Assembly (NCBI GenBank): GCA_051003195.1
Contig: JBPCLP010000016.1
Location: 3,158 to 67,157, forward strand
Length of the DNA stretch: 64,000 nucleotides
Origin: Candidatus Sumerlaeaceae bacterium
GTDB lineage: Bacteria; Sumerlaeota; Sumerlaeia; Sumerlaeales; Sumerlaeaceae
Direction: 5' to 3'
The position numbers and the translations under genes were made by a program. A model generated the notes under the pieces. The model ran no database searches, was not told where the DNA came from, and saw nothing but the letters and a program-made list of their open reading frames with translations. Within the stretch, counting starts at the first letter, position 1. The number at the start of each line of letters is the position of its first letter. Below, piece after piece: positions 50,470 through 62,040 of this stretch.

Positions 50470-52371
50470 TCACGTGCCGGCCCGTGTGGCCAGTTCTTCC
50501 CAGCGTACAATTGCTGCCTCGAGACGTTTTCCTAAGTCCATCTGCTCATGAGTCAGCTCCTGCAGGCGCATGTAATCGGTTGCTGCTGCTGCAATTTCAA
50601 TTTCGAGCTGCTGCTGGCGCTCTTCCCACGCAGGAATATTCTTCTCAAGATCTGCCAGCTCGCGCTGCTCCTTGAACGACAGCTTTCTGGATGTTGTTGC
50701 GCCGACGACAACAGAAGCAACGGCGGGTGCCGCCGAGGGCATTTTGCTGGTTGGTGACACTGTAGCTTCCCGCTGCTCGTGCATTTGCTGGTAAACGGAG
50801 TAATCCCCTGGATAATCTCTTATCCTGCCGCCCGGCTCGATTGCGAGCACATGTTCGATCGTCCGGTTCAGGAAATACCTGTCGTGGCTCACGACAAGCA
50901 GACAGCCGGCAAAGTCGTCCAAAAAATCCTCCAGCGCCTGCAACGTCGCAATATCCAGGTCGTTAGTCGGTTCGTCGAGGATCAGGAAATTAGGATCCTT
51001 CATAAGTACCTGCACCAGGTGCAGCCGCCGCTTCTCTCCGCCAGAAAGCTTGGCGATGTCCTGATAGAGCATCTGCGTTGTGAAGCCGAAGCGCTCCATC
51101 ATGCGTTCTGCGGAAAGGATGGCGCGATCTGCTGCGCGCAGGTACTCGCCCCCGGTGCGCTTTACAAAATCCAGCGCGCGCTCACCACCCTCGAGTTCAC
51201 TACTCTCCTGGTCAAACAGGCCAAAGTGCACCGTGCTGCCGACTTCGATCTTGCCGTCATCCTGCCTCACGCCGCCGGTAATCAGGTTCACCAGCGTCGA
51301 CTTGCCCGCGCCGTTCGGCCCAATAAGACCAACGCGCTCACCCGGGGGAAACGTGTAGGTAAAATCATCGATGACCCGCTTATGCCCGAACGACTTTGAG
51401 ACATTCTCCATCTCAACGATCTTGGACCCGAGCCGGCGTGTTCCCGATTCAAATTTCAGTGCGTCCGCTTTTCGGCCGGGCACCGCGGCCTGCATTTCTC
51501 CGATCCTATCAATGCGGTGTTTCTCTTTAGTTCGGCGTGCGCGCGCGCCTCGGCTCAGCCAGTCCATCTCCTTGCGCAGAATGCTGCGGGCTCGTTCATT
51601 TGCGCGGACTTCTGATGCGGCCTGCTCCAGTTTTCTTCCCAGGTAGTAGCTGAAATTACCGTCGTAGCTGAGAAGCCGGCCGCTCTCCAGCTCGATGATG
51701 CGCCGCGTAACGCGATCCAGGAAATAGCGGTCGTGCGTGACCACAAGCAAAGCCCCGGGCATCCGCTTGAGATAGTTCTCCAGCCACGCTATCGTGTCCG
51801 CATCGAGGTGATTCGTCGGTTCGTCCAGGATCAGCAGGTCGGCCTCGGCCAGTAGCGCGCGTGCCAGTGCCAGGCGCTTGCGGTAGCCACCTGAGAGTTT
51901 GCCTACCTTCACAGTAAGGTCGCGCACGCCAAGCTTTCCCAACACCACACGAGCCCGACTCTCATACTCCCACGCCTGCAGCGCGTCCATTCGTTGGGAA
52001 AGCTCGTCCAGCTGTTGAAGCTTTCCTGCGTCCTCCGGACTCGCTTCCAGTTCTAGAAGAACCCGTTCGTATTCACCCACGGTATCGGCCAGGTTTGTGT
52101 GCGCGAAGAAGACGTATTGCAGCACCGTGTGGTCCGGGTCGAAAGCCGGGTTTTGCGCGGCGTACTGCACTCGCACTCCCTGGCGCAAAACAACCTGCCC
52201 GGTATCCGGCTTCTCTCCGCCGGAAAGCACCTGAAGCAGGGTGGACTTTCCGCTTCCATTGGCGCCGATCAGCCCGACCCGGTCATCATCTTCGATACCG
52301 AATGAGATTCCACGAAATAATTCCTTAATTCCGTGGGACTTCGAAATTTCCTGGGCCGAAAGAAGATTCAT
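50470..52371 (-). CDS. ABC-F family ATPase (tandem ABC domains, EttA/Uup-like)
   Basis: It has two Walker A motifs (GANGSGKST and GPNGAGKST), two LSGG signature motifs and a C-terminal coiled coil. Confidence 0.9.
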   Translation of the reverse strand: MNLLSAQEISKSHGIKELFRGISFGIEDDDRVGLIGANGSGKSTLLQVLSGGEKPDTGQVVLRQGVRVQYAAQNPAFDPDHTVLQYVFFAHTNLADTVGEYERVLLELEASPEDAGKLQQLDELSQRMDALQAWEYESRARVVLGKLGVRDLTVKVGKLSGGYRKRLALARALLAEADLLILDEPTNHLDADTIAWLENYLKRMPGALLVVTHDRYFLDRVTRRIIELESGRLLSYDGNFSYYLGRKLEQAASEVRANERARSILRKEMDWLSRGARARRTKEKHRIDRIGEMQAAVPGRKADALKFESGTRRLGSKIVEMENVSKSFGHKRVIDDFTYTFPPGERVGLIGPNGAGKSTLVNLITGGVRQDDGKIEVGSTVHFGLFDQESSELEGGERALDFVKRTGGEYLRAADRAILSAERMMERFGFTTQMLYQDIAKLSGGEKRRLHLVQVLMKDPNFLILDEPTNDLDIATLQALEDFLDDFAGCLLVVSHDRYFLNRTIEHVLAIEPGGRIRDYPGDYSVYQQMHEQREATVSPTSKMPSAAPAVASVVVGATTSRKLSFKEQRELADLEKNIPAWEERQQQLEIEIAAAATDYMRLQELTHEQMDLGKRLEAAIVRWEELATRAGT

Positions 52372-52509
52372 TAATAGTAGAAGCGCGATCTGCTACAGGA
52401 GCACATCAACCGCATTCCCGCTCATGAAATGATTGCGTGAACGATTCGTGCCGCACAGCGTGCCCCCAAATCAATGGCCGCCGATGGCGGACTTGGGGTA
52501 ATACACGGT

Positions 52510-53940
52510 ATGGCAGAGACATTGACCGGGGCGGAACCCGGTACATTTCGGGCTGATAAGGATGCACTCGGCGAGGTGCAGGTGCCCGCCGATCACCTGT
52601 GGGGCGCGCAGACGCAGCGCTCGACTGTAAACTTTGCGATCGGGGTAGGCAGATTCGTGTGGGGCCGCCCGGTGATACGTGCGCTGGGAATCCTGAAGAA
52701 GGCCTGCGCCCTCGCAAATGGCGCACTGGGGCAATTGCCAAAGGAGAAGGTCGACCTGATCGTTCGCGCGGCGGACGAGGTCATCCAGGGCCAGCTCGAC
52801 ACCGAATTTCCACTCGTAGTGTGGCAAACCGGTTCCGGCACGCAGTCGAACATGAATGCAAACGAGGTCATCGGGAACCGCGCGATCCAGCTTGCAGGCG
52901 GGCTTGTCGGCAGCAAAACGCCGATTAACCCAAACGACGACGTGAACCGCGGGCAATCGAGTAATGACACGTTTCCGACAGCCATGCACATCGCGACGGT
53001 CGAGCAGCTGCAACGTGTACTTCTCCCGGCTGTGCGGCAACTGCACGACACGTTCGCGGCTAAGAGCAGCGAATTCAAAAATGTGATCATGGTCGGTCGC
53101 ACACATCTGCAGGATGCAACGCCGGTAACGCTGGGACAGGTAATAGGCAGTTGGGCAGCCCAGCTTCACCAGGCCATCGATACAATCGGCCGGTCAATAC
53201 CCGGTGTGTGCGAACTCGCCATCGGCGGCACCGCCGTCGGCACCGGCCTCAACGCGCACCCCATGTTCGGCGAAGTTGCGTCGAGATATATCGCGCAGGA
53301 AACCGGGCTTCCGTTCGTCTCGGCAGCAGATAAATTCGCCGCGCTTTCCGCGCATGATGCCATGGTGAACGTGAGCGCAGCTCTTCGTACGCTGGCGGGC
53401 GCCATGATGAAAATCGCAAACGATGTTCGCTGGTACGCGAGCGGCCCGCGCGCAGGCATCGGCGAACTAAAGATCCCGGAGAATGAGCCAGGGTCTTCGA
53501 TCATGCCCGGCAAAATAAACCCGACGCAGAGCGAAGCTGTGACCATGATTGCAGTGCAGGTGTTCGGCAACGATGCAGCAGTTGCTTTTGCCGGATCGCA
53601 GGGCAATTTTCAGCTTAACGTCTTCAAGCCCGTCATGCTGCACAACGTGCTCGAGAGCATCGAATTGCTGGCAGACGGCTGCCGCGCATTTAACGATTAC
53701 TGCGCTGTGGGAATCGAGCCGAACCACGAAATTATAAAGCGGCATCTCGAAGAAAGCCTCATGCTGGTCACCGCGCTCAACACACACATTGGCTACGACA
53801 AATGCGCGAAAATTGCCCTCATGGCGCATCGCGAGGGCAGCAGCCTGAAAGAGACAGCGCTAAAACTCGGCTATGTCACCAGTGAGCAGTTTGATGCGTG
53901 GGTGAAGCCTGAAGAGATGACGCGGCCGCTGGATGTGTGA
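52510..53940 (+). CDS. fumC: Class II fumarate hydratase
   Basis: It has the [16 protein letters not shown] signature and a WGAQTQRS N-terminus. Confidence 0.93.
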   Translation: MAETLTGAEPGTFRADKDALGEVQVPADHLWGAQTQRSTVNFAIGVGRFVWGRPVIRALGILKKACALANGALGQLPKEKVDLIVRAADEVIQGQLDTEFPLVVWQTGSGTQSNMNANEVIGNRAIQLAGGLVGSKTPINPNDDVNRGQSSNDTFPTAMHIATVEQLQRVLLPAVRQLHDTFAAKSSEFKNVIMVGRTHLQDATPVTLGQVIGSWAAQLHQAIDTIGRSIPGVCELAIGGTAVGTGLNAHPMFGEVASRYIAQETGLPFVSAADKFAALSAHDAMVNVSAALRTLAGAMMKIANDVRWYASGPRAGIGELKIPENEPGSSIMPGKINPTQSEAVTMIAVQVFGNDAAVAFAGSQGNFQLNVFKPVMLHNVLESIELLADGCRAFNDYCAVGIEPNHEIIKRHLEESLMLVTALNTHIGYDKCAKIALMAHREGSSLKETALKLGYVTSEQFDAWVKPEEMTRPLDV

Positions 53941-53958
53941 AATCTCCGGAGGAATACA

Positions 53959-55419
53959 ATGATCAGGTTCGCAGTGATAAACGGTTATTCGGCACTGTTG
54001 CTGGTTACGGTATTATGCGCTTGTACGCGAGCGAATGCGGAAACTACTTCGCCGTCGTCCAAACGTCCCAACATCCTCTACATCATGTCGGACGACCACG
54101 CCGCGCACGCGATCAGTTGCTATGGGAGCAAGATCAACAAAACGCCCAACATCGACCGCATTGCCGCGGAGGGCATGAGACTGACCAACTGCTTTGCGAC
54201 AAACGCCCTTTGCGCTCCCAGCCGTGCAACGATTCTTACGAGCAAATACAGCCATCTGAACGGCGTTCGATCCCATGGCAGCCCGCCGTTCGATGGAACA
54301 CAGGTTACCTTCCCCACCATGCTGAAGCAGGCTGGCTACCAGACCGCAGTGATCGGTAAATGGCACCTGAAAAGCAATCCGATGGGATTCGATTATTACA
54401 ATGTGCTGCCCGGCCAGGGACAGTACGTGAACCCGCGCTTTATCGACATGGGTACCACGCGCACGGTGAAAGGATATGCAACCGACCTGATCACCGATTT
54501 CAGCATCGACTGGCTTGAGAAGCGCGATCCGGGCAAACCGTTCCTGCTATTGTGCCACCACAAAGCACCGCATCGCGAGTGGACTCCGGATGCAAAACAC
54601 GCCACGATGTATGAGAATGAGGAGATTCCAAAACCGCCTACCTTTGATGACGATTATTCGCATCGCGCATCACCAGCGCGCAATGCGAAGATGCGGATTG
54701 AAAGCGACCTGAGCACCACCGACGTGAAGACCACGCCGCCGCAGGGACTCGCCGCCGCAGAACTCAAAAACTGGCACTATCAGCGCTACATCAAAGATTA
54801 CCTGCGCTGCGTCGCATCCGTGGACGACAATGTCGGGCGACTGCTGGACTACCTGAAGGCGAACAACCTGCTCGAGAACACGATCGTGATCTATACATCC
54901 GACCAGGGATTCTTCCTCGGCGACCACGGATGGTACGACAAGCGTTTCATGTACGAAGAATCAATGCGGATGCCGTTCGTTGTCCGGTACCCGAAGGAAA
55001 TAAAGGCGGGCAGCGCTTCGGACGCGTTCATTATTAATGCCGACTTTGGCCCAACACTTCTCGACTTCGCGCAAGTACCCAGGGCCGCGGAAATGCAGGG
55101 CGAATCGTTCCGGCCATGGCTGCGCGCTCAAAAGCCCGCGAAATGGCGCGACGCCGTCTATTACCATTTCTTTGAGTACCCCGACCATGACCACCTGGTC
55201 GCGCGGCACTACGGTATCCGCACGGATCGCTACAAGCTGGTCCACTACTACCATCCCGTCGATGAGTGGGAACTGTTCGACCTGGAAAAAGACCCACAGG
55301 AGCTGCGTAGCGTTTATGATGATCCGGCGCAGGTGGAAAATATTGCGCTGCTGAAAACCAGGCTCAAAGCGCTCCGCGAACAATACCAGGACCCCGAGGA
55401 CAAAGAACTGCTGAAGTAA
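53959..55419 (+). CDS. Sulfatase (formylglycine-dependent)
   Basis: It has a signal peptide, the SDDHA motif and the CAPSRATILT C-x-P-S-R motif. Confidence 0.88.
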   Translation: MIRFAVINGYSALLLVTVLCACTRANAETTSPSSKRPNILYIMSDDHAAHAISCYGSKINKTPNIDRIAAEGMRLTNCFATNALCAPSRATILTSKYSHLNGVRSHGSPPFDGTQVTFPTMLKQAGYQTAVIGKWHLKSNPMGFDYYNVLPGQGQYVNPRFIDMGTTRTVKGYATDLITDFSIDWLEKRDPGKPFLLLCHHKAPHREWTPDAKHATMYENEEIPKPPTFDDDYSHRASPARNAKMRIESDLSTTDVKTTPPQGLAAAELKNWHYQRYIKDYLRCVASVDDNVGRLLDYLKANNLLENTIVIYTSDQGFFLGDHGWYDKRFMYEESMRMPFVVRYPKEIKAGSASDAFIINADFGPTLLDFAQVPRAAEMQGESFRPWLRAQKPAKWRDAVYYHFFEYPDHDHLVARHYGIRTDRYKLVHYYHPVDEWELFDLEKDPQELRSVYDDPAQVENIALLKTRLKALREQYQDPEDKELLK

Positions 55420-55461
55420 AATCTTCCTGCTAATCGCAGGTGCAATGTTTGCGAAACCTGA

Positions 55462-57495
55462 TTGCGTTCTTCTGCGTCAGAATCGAATTGCACATGCATG
55501 CCCGTCCTGGCCACAGCCGCCGAGCGCTTTCACCGGAACCCGCCTCCGTGGATCGCACTCCTTGTGTTCGCCACTACTCTGCCCGTTCTCATTCACAACG
55601 CCGCGCCGGGGTTAAGCTTTCACGACAGCGGCGAGTTCTCACTCGCGGCGGCCTCTTATGGCCTGACGCATCCACCAGGCGCGCCAACCTACACACTGCT
55701 GGCTGCTCCGTTTGCACACATATTCGGATTCTCCGATTTCGCACGTGCCGCAAACTGCTTTTCCGCGGTGATGGGTTCAGCGGCGCTGGCGCTCCTGTTT
55801 GTTCTCGCGGACCAGGTCTTATCCCAGTTGTTCGGCAACCTCCGACCAGCTCGCAGGATGTTATGCGCACTGGTGGCTCCGCTGTTTCTGCTGAATTCTG
55901 AAAGCTTCCTCGAGCAATCTTTCGTGGCCGAACAGTACACACTGCTCACCGCACTGATGATATTGTTCCTTCTGTGCGCAGTTGCGAGCTGCGTTGCGAT
56001 CCGGAATCCAACGCAGATACGCGAACGTCGTGGATTGCTCTTCGCTACGGGTGCTGTCACAGGATTGGCCATTGGCAACCATCCCAGCCAGATCTGTTTA
56101 ACCATCGGAACGCTGCTGATCATCGGCATCGCGCTGAAACATCGCGGATTCAAAGCCGCGGTTAGCGTTGGCCTGTGGTGCGCGTCCGGTTTATTTGCAG
56201 GGTTACTGGTATTCCTGTACCTGCCGCTGTGCGCGGTGCGTCGCCCCGTGCTCGATGCCGTCGGTGCGACGTCCTGGAAGCGAATGGCGGCAGCCCTCAC
56301 GAGGCAGGTCTATGACCGCCGTCAATGGTCCGCCTTACCGGAGCAGTTCGTGCCCGAACTGCTGCTCAGCTATGATTTCATTGGTGAAATCAGCCTGCCT
56401 GGATTCGTACTCGCGCTGGTTGGACTCGCCGCGCTCATTGTCCGACGTACTACGACAGCATTGTTGCCATTCGCTGTAATTACAGGTTTCGGCGCAGGGA
56501 TGTTTTTGGCGTTTGTGCGCCATAACTTCGACGTTCTTTACCTCAGGCTCTACGGGGTGCGTGACTGGCATTTACCCTTGTATGCCGGCGCCGCGCTTCT
56601 TGCCAGCATTGGCACCGCGGCAGCGGTGCACTGGCGCCCCATGCAACGTCGTGGCGTTGCGGTCGCTGCCATTGCATTGATTCTACTGATTGGCGCCACC
56701 TCCGCCAGCTTATCCGTGCGAAGGGCGTCCCTGCGCGACTTCTCTGCACCACAACGTTTCCTTCAGGAGATGTGGAGCGCACTACCTGCCGACAGTATTG
56801 TGCTGGCGGGCACGGACAACGGCTCCATGATGCTCAGCTACTACTCCTGCCGGACAGGTAAACCCGTCGAGCCCCAGCGAATCTTTCACGGGCAACTATC
56901 CGAACTGGCTGCCGCCGTGCCTTCCCGCGATGGCACCTGGACAACTGAGACAAAAGTTGCCTGTCTCGACGCGCTGGACGACCCTGACATCCAGCCGCTG
57001 AAGCTTCCGAAGATCGACGATAAGCGGCTGCGCAATGCGCCGGTTTTTGCGGATCACCAGGACGGTGCAGGCGTGCTTTCCCCAAACCTGCTTCCGGCAG
57101 GCATGATGTTCCTGCTGACCGACCACCCGGTTACTGACAAGGAAATTGTCGAGGCCGAACTGGAAGGGCGACGAAAGTCTCCGGAAACATATGAGCTGCC
57201 GGAAGGCCAGGTGCACCGTTTGGAGCGCGAGGCCCGAGGGCTGGCATTCTGGCAACGCGCCGGCTATTTTTATCAGCGCGAACTGTGGAGGCTCGCAAAA
57301 GAAGATTTCCAGCGCGCTCTGCAATGGACGCCTAACAACGGCGAATGCTGGTATGGGCTGGGCCTCTGCTTTGAAAAAACCGAGAGCGGCACTGCGTCGG
57401 CAGTCGCCGCGTATCGGGAAGCCCTGCATCATCAAAGCTGGCTGGCCGGACCAAAGCAGCGGTTGGCTGCACTTGCTGAAGTTCCCGGTCCTTAA
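55462..57495 (+). CDS. DUF2723 (TMEM260-like) membrane protein with C-terminal TPR-like region
   Basis: It has the FHDSGEF...HPPGAPTY motif and many TM segments. Confidence 0.55.
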   Translation: MRSSASESNCTCMPVLATAAERFHRNPPPWIALLVFATTLPVLIHNAAPGLSFHDSGEFSLAAASYGLTHPPGAPTYTLLAAPFAHIFGFSDFARAANCFSAVMGSAALALLFVLADQVLSQLFGNLRPARRMLCALVAPLFLLNSESFLEQSFVAEQYTLLTALMILFLLCAVASCVAIRNPTQIRERRGLLFATGAVTGLAIGNHPSQICLTIGTLLIIGIALKHRGFKAAVSVGLWCASGLFAGLLVFLYLPLCAVRRPVLDAVGATSWKRMAAALTRQVYDRRQWSALPEQFVPELLLSYDFIGEISLPGFVLALVGLAALIVRRTTTALLPFAVITGFGAGMFLAFVRHNFDVLYLRLYGVRDWHLPLYAGAALLASIGTAAAVHWRPMQRRGVAVAAIALILLIGATSASLSVRRASLRDFSAPQRFLQEMWSALPADSIVLAGTDNGSMMLSYYSCRTGKPVEPQRIFHGQLSELAAAVPSRDGTWTTETKVACLDALDDPDIQPLKLPKIDDKRLRNAPVFADHQDGAGVLSPNLLPAGMMFLLTDHPVTDKEIVEAELEGRRKSPETYELPEGQVHRLEREARGLAFWQRAGYFYQRELWRLAKEDFQRALQWTPNNGECWYGLGLCFEKTESGTASAVAAYREALHHQSWLAGPKQRLAALAEVPGP

Positions 57496-57502
57496 GGGCC
57501 CT

Positions 57503-58042
57503 CTAAAGGAACCGGATCGAGCCCGGATACGGCCACACCTGGCCATCATTGGCTTTGATTGCCCCAATTATAGCGAACAGAATTCCACAGAATACCAGCA
57601 GTATCAATAGCGGGACGCCAATGAAGACGAAGCAGAGCAGGAAGAATACAAATCCCGCAATCAGTTCCGTGATGAGCCAGTTTAGAACGACTTTGCCATG
57701 CGCATCGACCTCGGCTGATTGTTCCTTGTTCACCGCCCACATGACGATGGGGAGAGCCAGGCCAAGAAACGGAATCATGAATCCTGCAAATTGGGAGAGG
57801 TGTAGCAGCATGCAGTAAACATTGGGCTCCATTCCCCAAATCTTTCCGTCTGTGGACGTCGGACTCCCCTCAGACGGGGTAGCTCCCAGGAACGGTGGCG
57901 GCGGAGGCGGGGCGATATTGGAGAAGGTCGATGCAGGCTCAGGGGAATTGAGTAATCGCTGCTTCTCGGTCTGAAATTCCTCTTCGCTCAGCACGCCCTG
58001 GCTTTTGAGTTCCTGCAGTTTCTGTAGCTCGTCGTATCGGGA
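57503..58042 (-). CDS. SHOCT-domain + DUF4870-like membrane protein
   Basis: The SHOCT domain reads MSRYDELQKLQELKSQGVLSEEEFQTEKQRLL. A Pro-rich linker and two TM helices follow. Confidence 0.5.
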   Translation of the reverse strand, partial: SRYDELQKLQELKSQGVLSEEEFQTEKQRLLNSPEPASTFSNIAPPPPPPFLGATPSEGSPTSTDGKIWGMEPNVYCMLLHLSQFAGFMIPFLGLALPIVMWAVNKEQSAEVDAHGKVVLNWLITELIAGFVFFLLCFVFIGVPLLILLVFCGILFAIIGAIKANDGQVWPYPGSIRFL

Positions 58043-58171
58043 CATTATGTTCCTTCCAGCCTTTTTCCAAATCGAATGACGCCATGGCACAGTTGGACGT
58101 GCAATGGCAATTCGGGCATAGAATTCACATACATCAGCATCGTCGCGGGCGAGAGTACAGACACGCAGAAA

Positions 58172-58981
58172 ATGAAGGAGACTCAAATGCAAAAGACAGA
58201 ATCACCACGCACCCGCGAGCTCGCATTGGTTACGGGTGCCTCCATGGGCCTTGGCGAGGAGTATGCGCGGCAGTTGGCCGCTCGTGGAGTCGACCTTGTC
58301 CTGACTGCCCGCAGCACGGATCGTCTGAACTCTGTGGCGCAGGAACTACGCGGTGCCGTGCAGACTCACGTCTTTTCGTGCGACCTCTCGGCCCCCGGAG
58401 CAGCAAAGCAGATCGTCGATTTTCTTGCCCTCGAAAACTTACAACCCAACTGGCTGATCAACAATGCGGGATTTGGCGACGCCGGCGCGTTCGAGAAACT
58501 TTCACCAGAACGCGTGCGTGACATCTGCATGGTTAATATCGTCGCACTTACGGAGCTCACATCGCGTTTGCTGCCGGTGCTGAAAGCTGCCCCACCAGCA
58601 ACCGCGCGGATAATAAACCTCTCCAGTGTAGCGGGTTTTCAGCCTGTACCCTACTTTAATGTGTATTCCGCCAGCAAAGCCTATGTGCTGAGTTTTTCCG
58701 ACGCCCTGCACGAGGAACTAAAGCCTCAGGGAATACGTGTGCTCTGTGTCTGCCCCGGATACACGGCCACGAATTTCGCCGCCAATAATGGCATTAGTAA
58801 AAAGCACTTCTCCCGCACGCAGTCTGCTGCGGAAGTGGTTCGCAGGTCGCTCATTGCCAGCGACGCAGGTAAATCTGTGCTGGTTACACGCAGTCACGCG
58901 CAGGTGCTGGCTGCCAAGTTCGCTCCCCGTCTACTTGTACGTAAACTGGCGGCCTCTGTAGCTCGAACTTACACTGAGTAA
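58172..58981 (+). CDS. SDR family oxidoreductase
   Basis: It has the TGASMGLGEEYARQLA Rossmann motif and a YxxxK-containing core. Confidence 0.85.
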   Translation: MKETQMQKTESPRTRELALVTGASMGLGEEYARQLAARGVDLVLTARSTDRLNSVAQELRGAVQTHVFSCDLSAPGAAKQIVDFLALENLQPNWLINNAGFGDAGAFEKLSPERVRDICMVNIVALTELTSRLLPVLKAAPPATARIINLSSVAGFQPVPYFNVYSASKAYVLSFSDALHEELKPQGIRVLCVCPGYTATNFAANNGISKKHFSRTQSAAEVVRRSLIASDAGKSVLVTRSHAQVLAAKFAPRLLVRKLAASVARTYTE

Positions 58982-59229
58982 AACCTGCTAAAAGCTGTTG
59001 CCAGAACGCTTTCGCGTATCGTAGCCAATTAATCGTAAACAGTAAAGCATATGTGAATTGCATAGGCATTGCGATTCGCTGCGACTCAACGAACTGCTTC
59101 AAGTTCCTTGCGTCCGCACTCACCGGCCGTGGTTGAAAGCTTGCTCGCAAAACAAGGGAGCTTCCGACCTCGGGCGGTGAAGCTGTCGGCAGACGTAGCG
59201 GCCGCATTGCCGCAGGAGAATGTCCGCCC

Positions 59230-60978
59230 ATGCCAGAAACCAACCCTACCGACGAGAACATCGATCCAATTTTGGATGCCGGCACACTAGCTGGAGGCGA
59301 ATCGGAACAGTTCGACGACCTCATGTCCGACTACCTTGAGTCTATGTCCGAGCTCGAAGTAGGGCAGCTCGCCAAGGCAACGGTGGTCGAGATCAAAAAG
59401 GACCAGGTTCTTCTCGATGTTGGCGACAAGGCAGAAGGCGTGGCGGACGTTCGCGAGTTCACGGACTTCAAGGGCAACGTAACGGTTCAGCCTGGCCAGC
59501 AGATTGAGGTCGTGATTGAGAGCCGGGATGCGGATACTGGCCAGGTAAACGTCTCCTACCGCAAGGCGCGCCAGCGGGTGGAGTGGAACCGCGTCGTTGA
59601 AGCGTTCGAGAAAGGTCATACCATCCGCGGACAGGTCGTGCGGGCCCTTAAAAACGGGGTGCTCGTCGATGCGGGAGTACCATGCTTTCTCCCAGCTTCT
59701 CAGCTGGACGTGAACCGCGTCGAAGACCTCGAGACGTTCGTTGGTCAGGATGTTGAATGTTATGTCATCGACGTCGATCGCCAGCGCAGGCGGGGGGTGC
59801 TATCTCGCCGACGTCTTCTGGCAGAAGAGCAGAAGAAAAAACGCGCCGACATACTGGCGGGCCTGGAAGAGGGCCAGACGCTCGAAGGCCGCGTCAAAAG
59901 CATACTCGATTTCGGGGTTTTCGTAGATATGGGAGGCATCGATGGACTGGTGCCCCGTGAAGAAGTCGCATGGGAAAAACGCGTCAATCTGTCGGACGTA
60001 CTAAAGCAGGGAGTCCGTTACAAGTTCAAGATTATTGGCATAGACCGAGACCGGGAAAGAGTGACGCTAAGCCGCAGGCAACTGAAGCCTGATCCATGGC
60101 AAAAGATCGAGACCGATTATCCGCGCGAACTGGCCGTCAAGGGCACTGTGACGAACCTCACCAATAACTGTGCGTATGTCGTACTCGCGGATGGCGTTGA
60201 AGGGCGCATTCACCGCAATAATCTCAGCTGGAACCCATCGATAAAAAAACCAAGCGACCTTCTGAAGAAGAACGCCGAAGTGCAGGCCACTGTCCTGGAT
60301 TATGATAATGATAAACGCTTGCTGGAGCTCGGCGTGAGGCAATTGACCAGCGACCCGTGGGAGAACATTGAGGGACGCTTTCCCCCTAAATCGCGCCAGA
60401 CTGTTACGATCTCCGATGTCGTTTCGTTTGGGGCTTTTGTGCAGCTCGACGAACACACAAAGGGGCTCATTCACATTTCTGACATGAGCTACGACCGGAA
60501 CTTCAAAGACCCGAAACAACTGGTAAAGCCCGGAGACGAGGTTGAGGTCCTGGTTCTCAAGATCGACAAAGAAGCCCGCCGCATCAACTTCGGCATGAAG
60601 CAGCTTGAGGAAGATCCGTTCACCGCTTTCATTAAGAAACATCCTAGCGGTTCGACGGTAACGGGCAAAATTAAGTGCGTTGCCAGTTTTGGCGCCTTTG
60701 TGGAACTGGCGCCCAGCCTCGAAGGTCTGCTGCACATTTCGCAGTGGTCGAATGAAAAACTGGACTCACTTGAAAATGTAGCCAAGCCGGGCGATGAGGT
60801 GACGGTCAAAATTATCAAGGTTGAGAAGCCCATTAAGAAGATCAGCCTGAGCCGCAAAGCGCAAATGCATGATGAAGAACGCCGGGAAGTTCAGCAGTAC
60901 AAGCAGTCCAGCCCTGCGAAGGCGACCACCAGTCTCGGCAGCCTGCTCAAAAACCTTAACATTGACGTAAAACACTAA
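59230..60978 (+). CDS. rpsA: 30S ribosomal protein S1
   Basis: It contains six S1 domains. Confidence 0.9.
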   Translation: MPETNPTDENIDPILDAGTLAGGESEQFDDLMSDYLESMSELEVGQLAKATVVEIKKDQVLLDVGDKAEGVADVREFTDFKGNVTVQPGQQIEVVIESRDADTGQVNVSYRKARQRVEWNRVVEAFEKGHTIRGQVVRALKNGVLVDAGVPCFLPASQLDVNRVEDLETFVGQDVECYVIDVDRQRRRGVLSRRRLLAEEQKKKRADILAGLEEGQTLEGRVKSILDFGVFVDMGGIDGLVPREEVAWEKRVNLSDVLKQGVRYKFKIIGIDRDRERVTLSRRQLKPDPWQKIETDYPRELAVKGTVTNLTNNCAYVVLADGVEGRIHRNNLSWNPSIKKPSDLLKKNAEVQATVLDYDNDKRLLELGVRQLTSDPWENIEGRFPPKSRQTVTISDVVSFGAFVQLDEHTKGLIHISDMSYDRNFKDPKQLVKPGDEVEVLVLKIDKEARRINFGMKQLEEDPFTAFIKKHPSGSTVTGKIKCVASFGAFVELAPSLEGLLHISQWSNEKLDSLENVAKPGDEVTVKIIKVEKPIKKISLSRKAQMHDEERREVQQYKQSSPAKATTSLGSLLKNLNIDVKH

Positions 60979-61094
60979 TGTGCCGTCCCAGAAGTTCATA
61001 GCTATACTTCAGGAAGCTTTCGAGCTGACGGCACACAAAAACCAGTGAACGAATTAATGGGACACCACACCAGGCCACGGCTAACGCGCAGCAG

Positions 61095-61967
61095 CTATTC
61101 TTTTACCGCTCCCAGCTGGATGCCGCGTATAATAAACTTCTGCGCAAATACGAACATGAGTATTAGCGGCAGCAGGCTCATCAGGCTGGCTGCCATGATC
61201 AGGTTCGTCTGGCGCCCATAGACCGTATCGAAGTACATCATGCCAATTGGCAGCGTCCTTAGGTATTCGCTCTTAATCATCACGAGCGGCCAGAAAAACA
61301 AACCATAGTTTCCCATGAAGGTGAGAACCGCCAGGGTGGTCATTCCCGGGCGCACCAGCGGCATGATCACTTCCCAGAAAGTCTGCCAGTGGGTTGCTCC
61401 GTCCATGGCTGCGGCTTCATCAAGCGAGCGATGAATCGTAAGCATGAACTGGCGCAACAAGAACGTCCCGAACGCAGTGAATGCAGACGGCACGATCAGC
61501 CCGATATAAGAATCCAGCATGTGAAGCTTCACCATGAGCGTGTAATTCGGAATCATGACCACCACGCTCGGCACCATAAGTGTTGTCAGGTACAGCCGGA
61601 ACACAACATCGCGCCCTGGCCATTGAATGCGTGAAAACGCGTAGGCTGCCATGGCACTTGTGAAGACCTGTAGAAATGTAACCCACAGTGCGACAAAGAT
61701 GCTGTTGAAGAAGTAGCGCGCAAAAGGGATGTCTCGGAAAACATCCGCGTAATTATCGGGTCGCCAGTTTCTCGGCCACGGGTTCAGGCGCGAGACCTCC
61801 TCCAGCGGCTTGAAGCTCACGAGCAGCATCCAGGCAAACGGCAGGAGAATCGCCAGTGAGACCATGATGAGAACCGCATGGCTCAGCAGGAACCGGCCGT
61901 ATATCCACCACAAGCGCAGCAAGGGTATGTCTGACCGGCCTCGTCTCATTTGATCACCTGTTTTCAA
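61095..61967 (-). CDS. Carbohydrate ABC transporter permease (MalG-like)
   Basis: It has 6 TM segments and the EAA-loop pattern. Confidence 0.85.
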   Translation of the reverse strand: MKTGDQMRRGRSDIPLLRLWWIYGRFLLSHAVLIMVSLAILLPFAWMLLVSFKPLEEVSRLNPWPRNWRPDNYADVFRDIPFARYFFNSIFVALWVTFLQVFTSAMAAYAFSRIQWPGRDVVFRLYLTTLMVPSVVVMIPNYTLMVKLHMLDSYIGLIVPSAFTAFGTFLLRQFMLTIHRSLDEAAAMDGATHWQTFWEVIMPLVRPGMTTLAVLTFMGNYGLFFWPLVMIKSEYLRTLPIGMMYFDTVYGRQTNLIMAASLMSLLPLILMFVFAQKFIIRGIQLGAVKE

Positions 61968-62040
61968 CTGAGCTGCATCCAGCTATTCATCGAGTCCGCC
62001 TGACGAAGCAGCTGCGCACCATGATGGGAAAACAAAAATG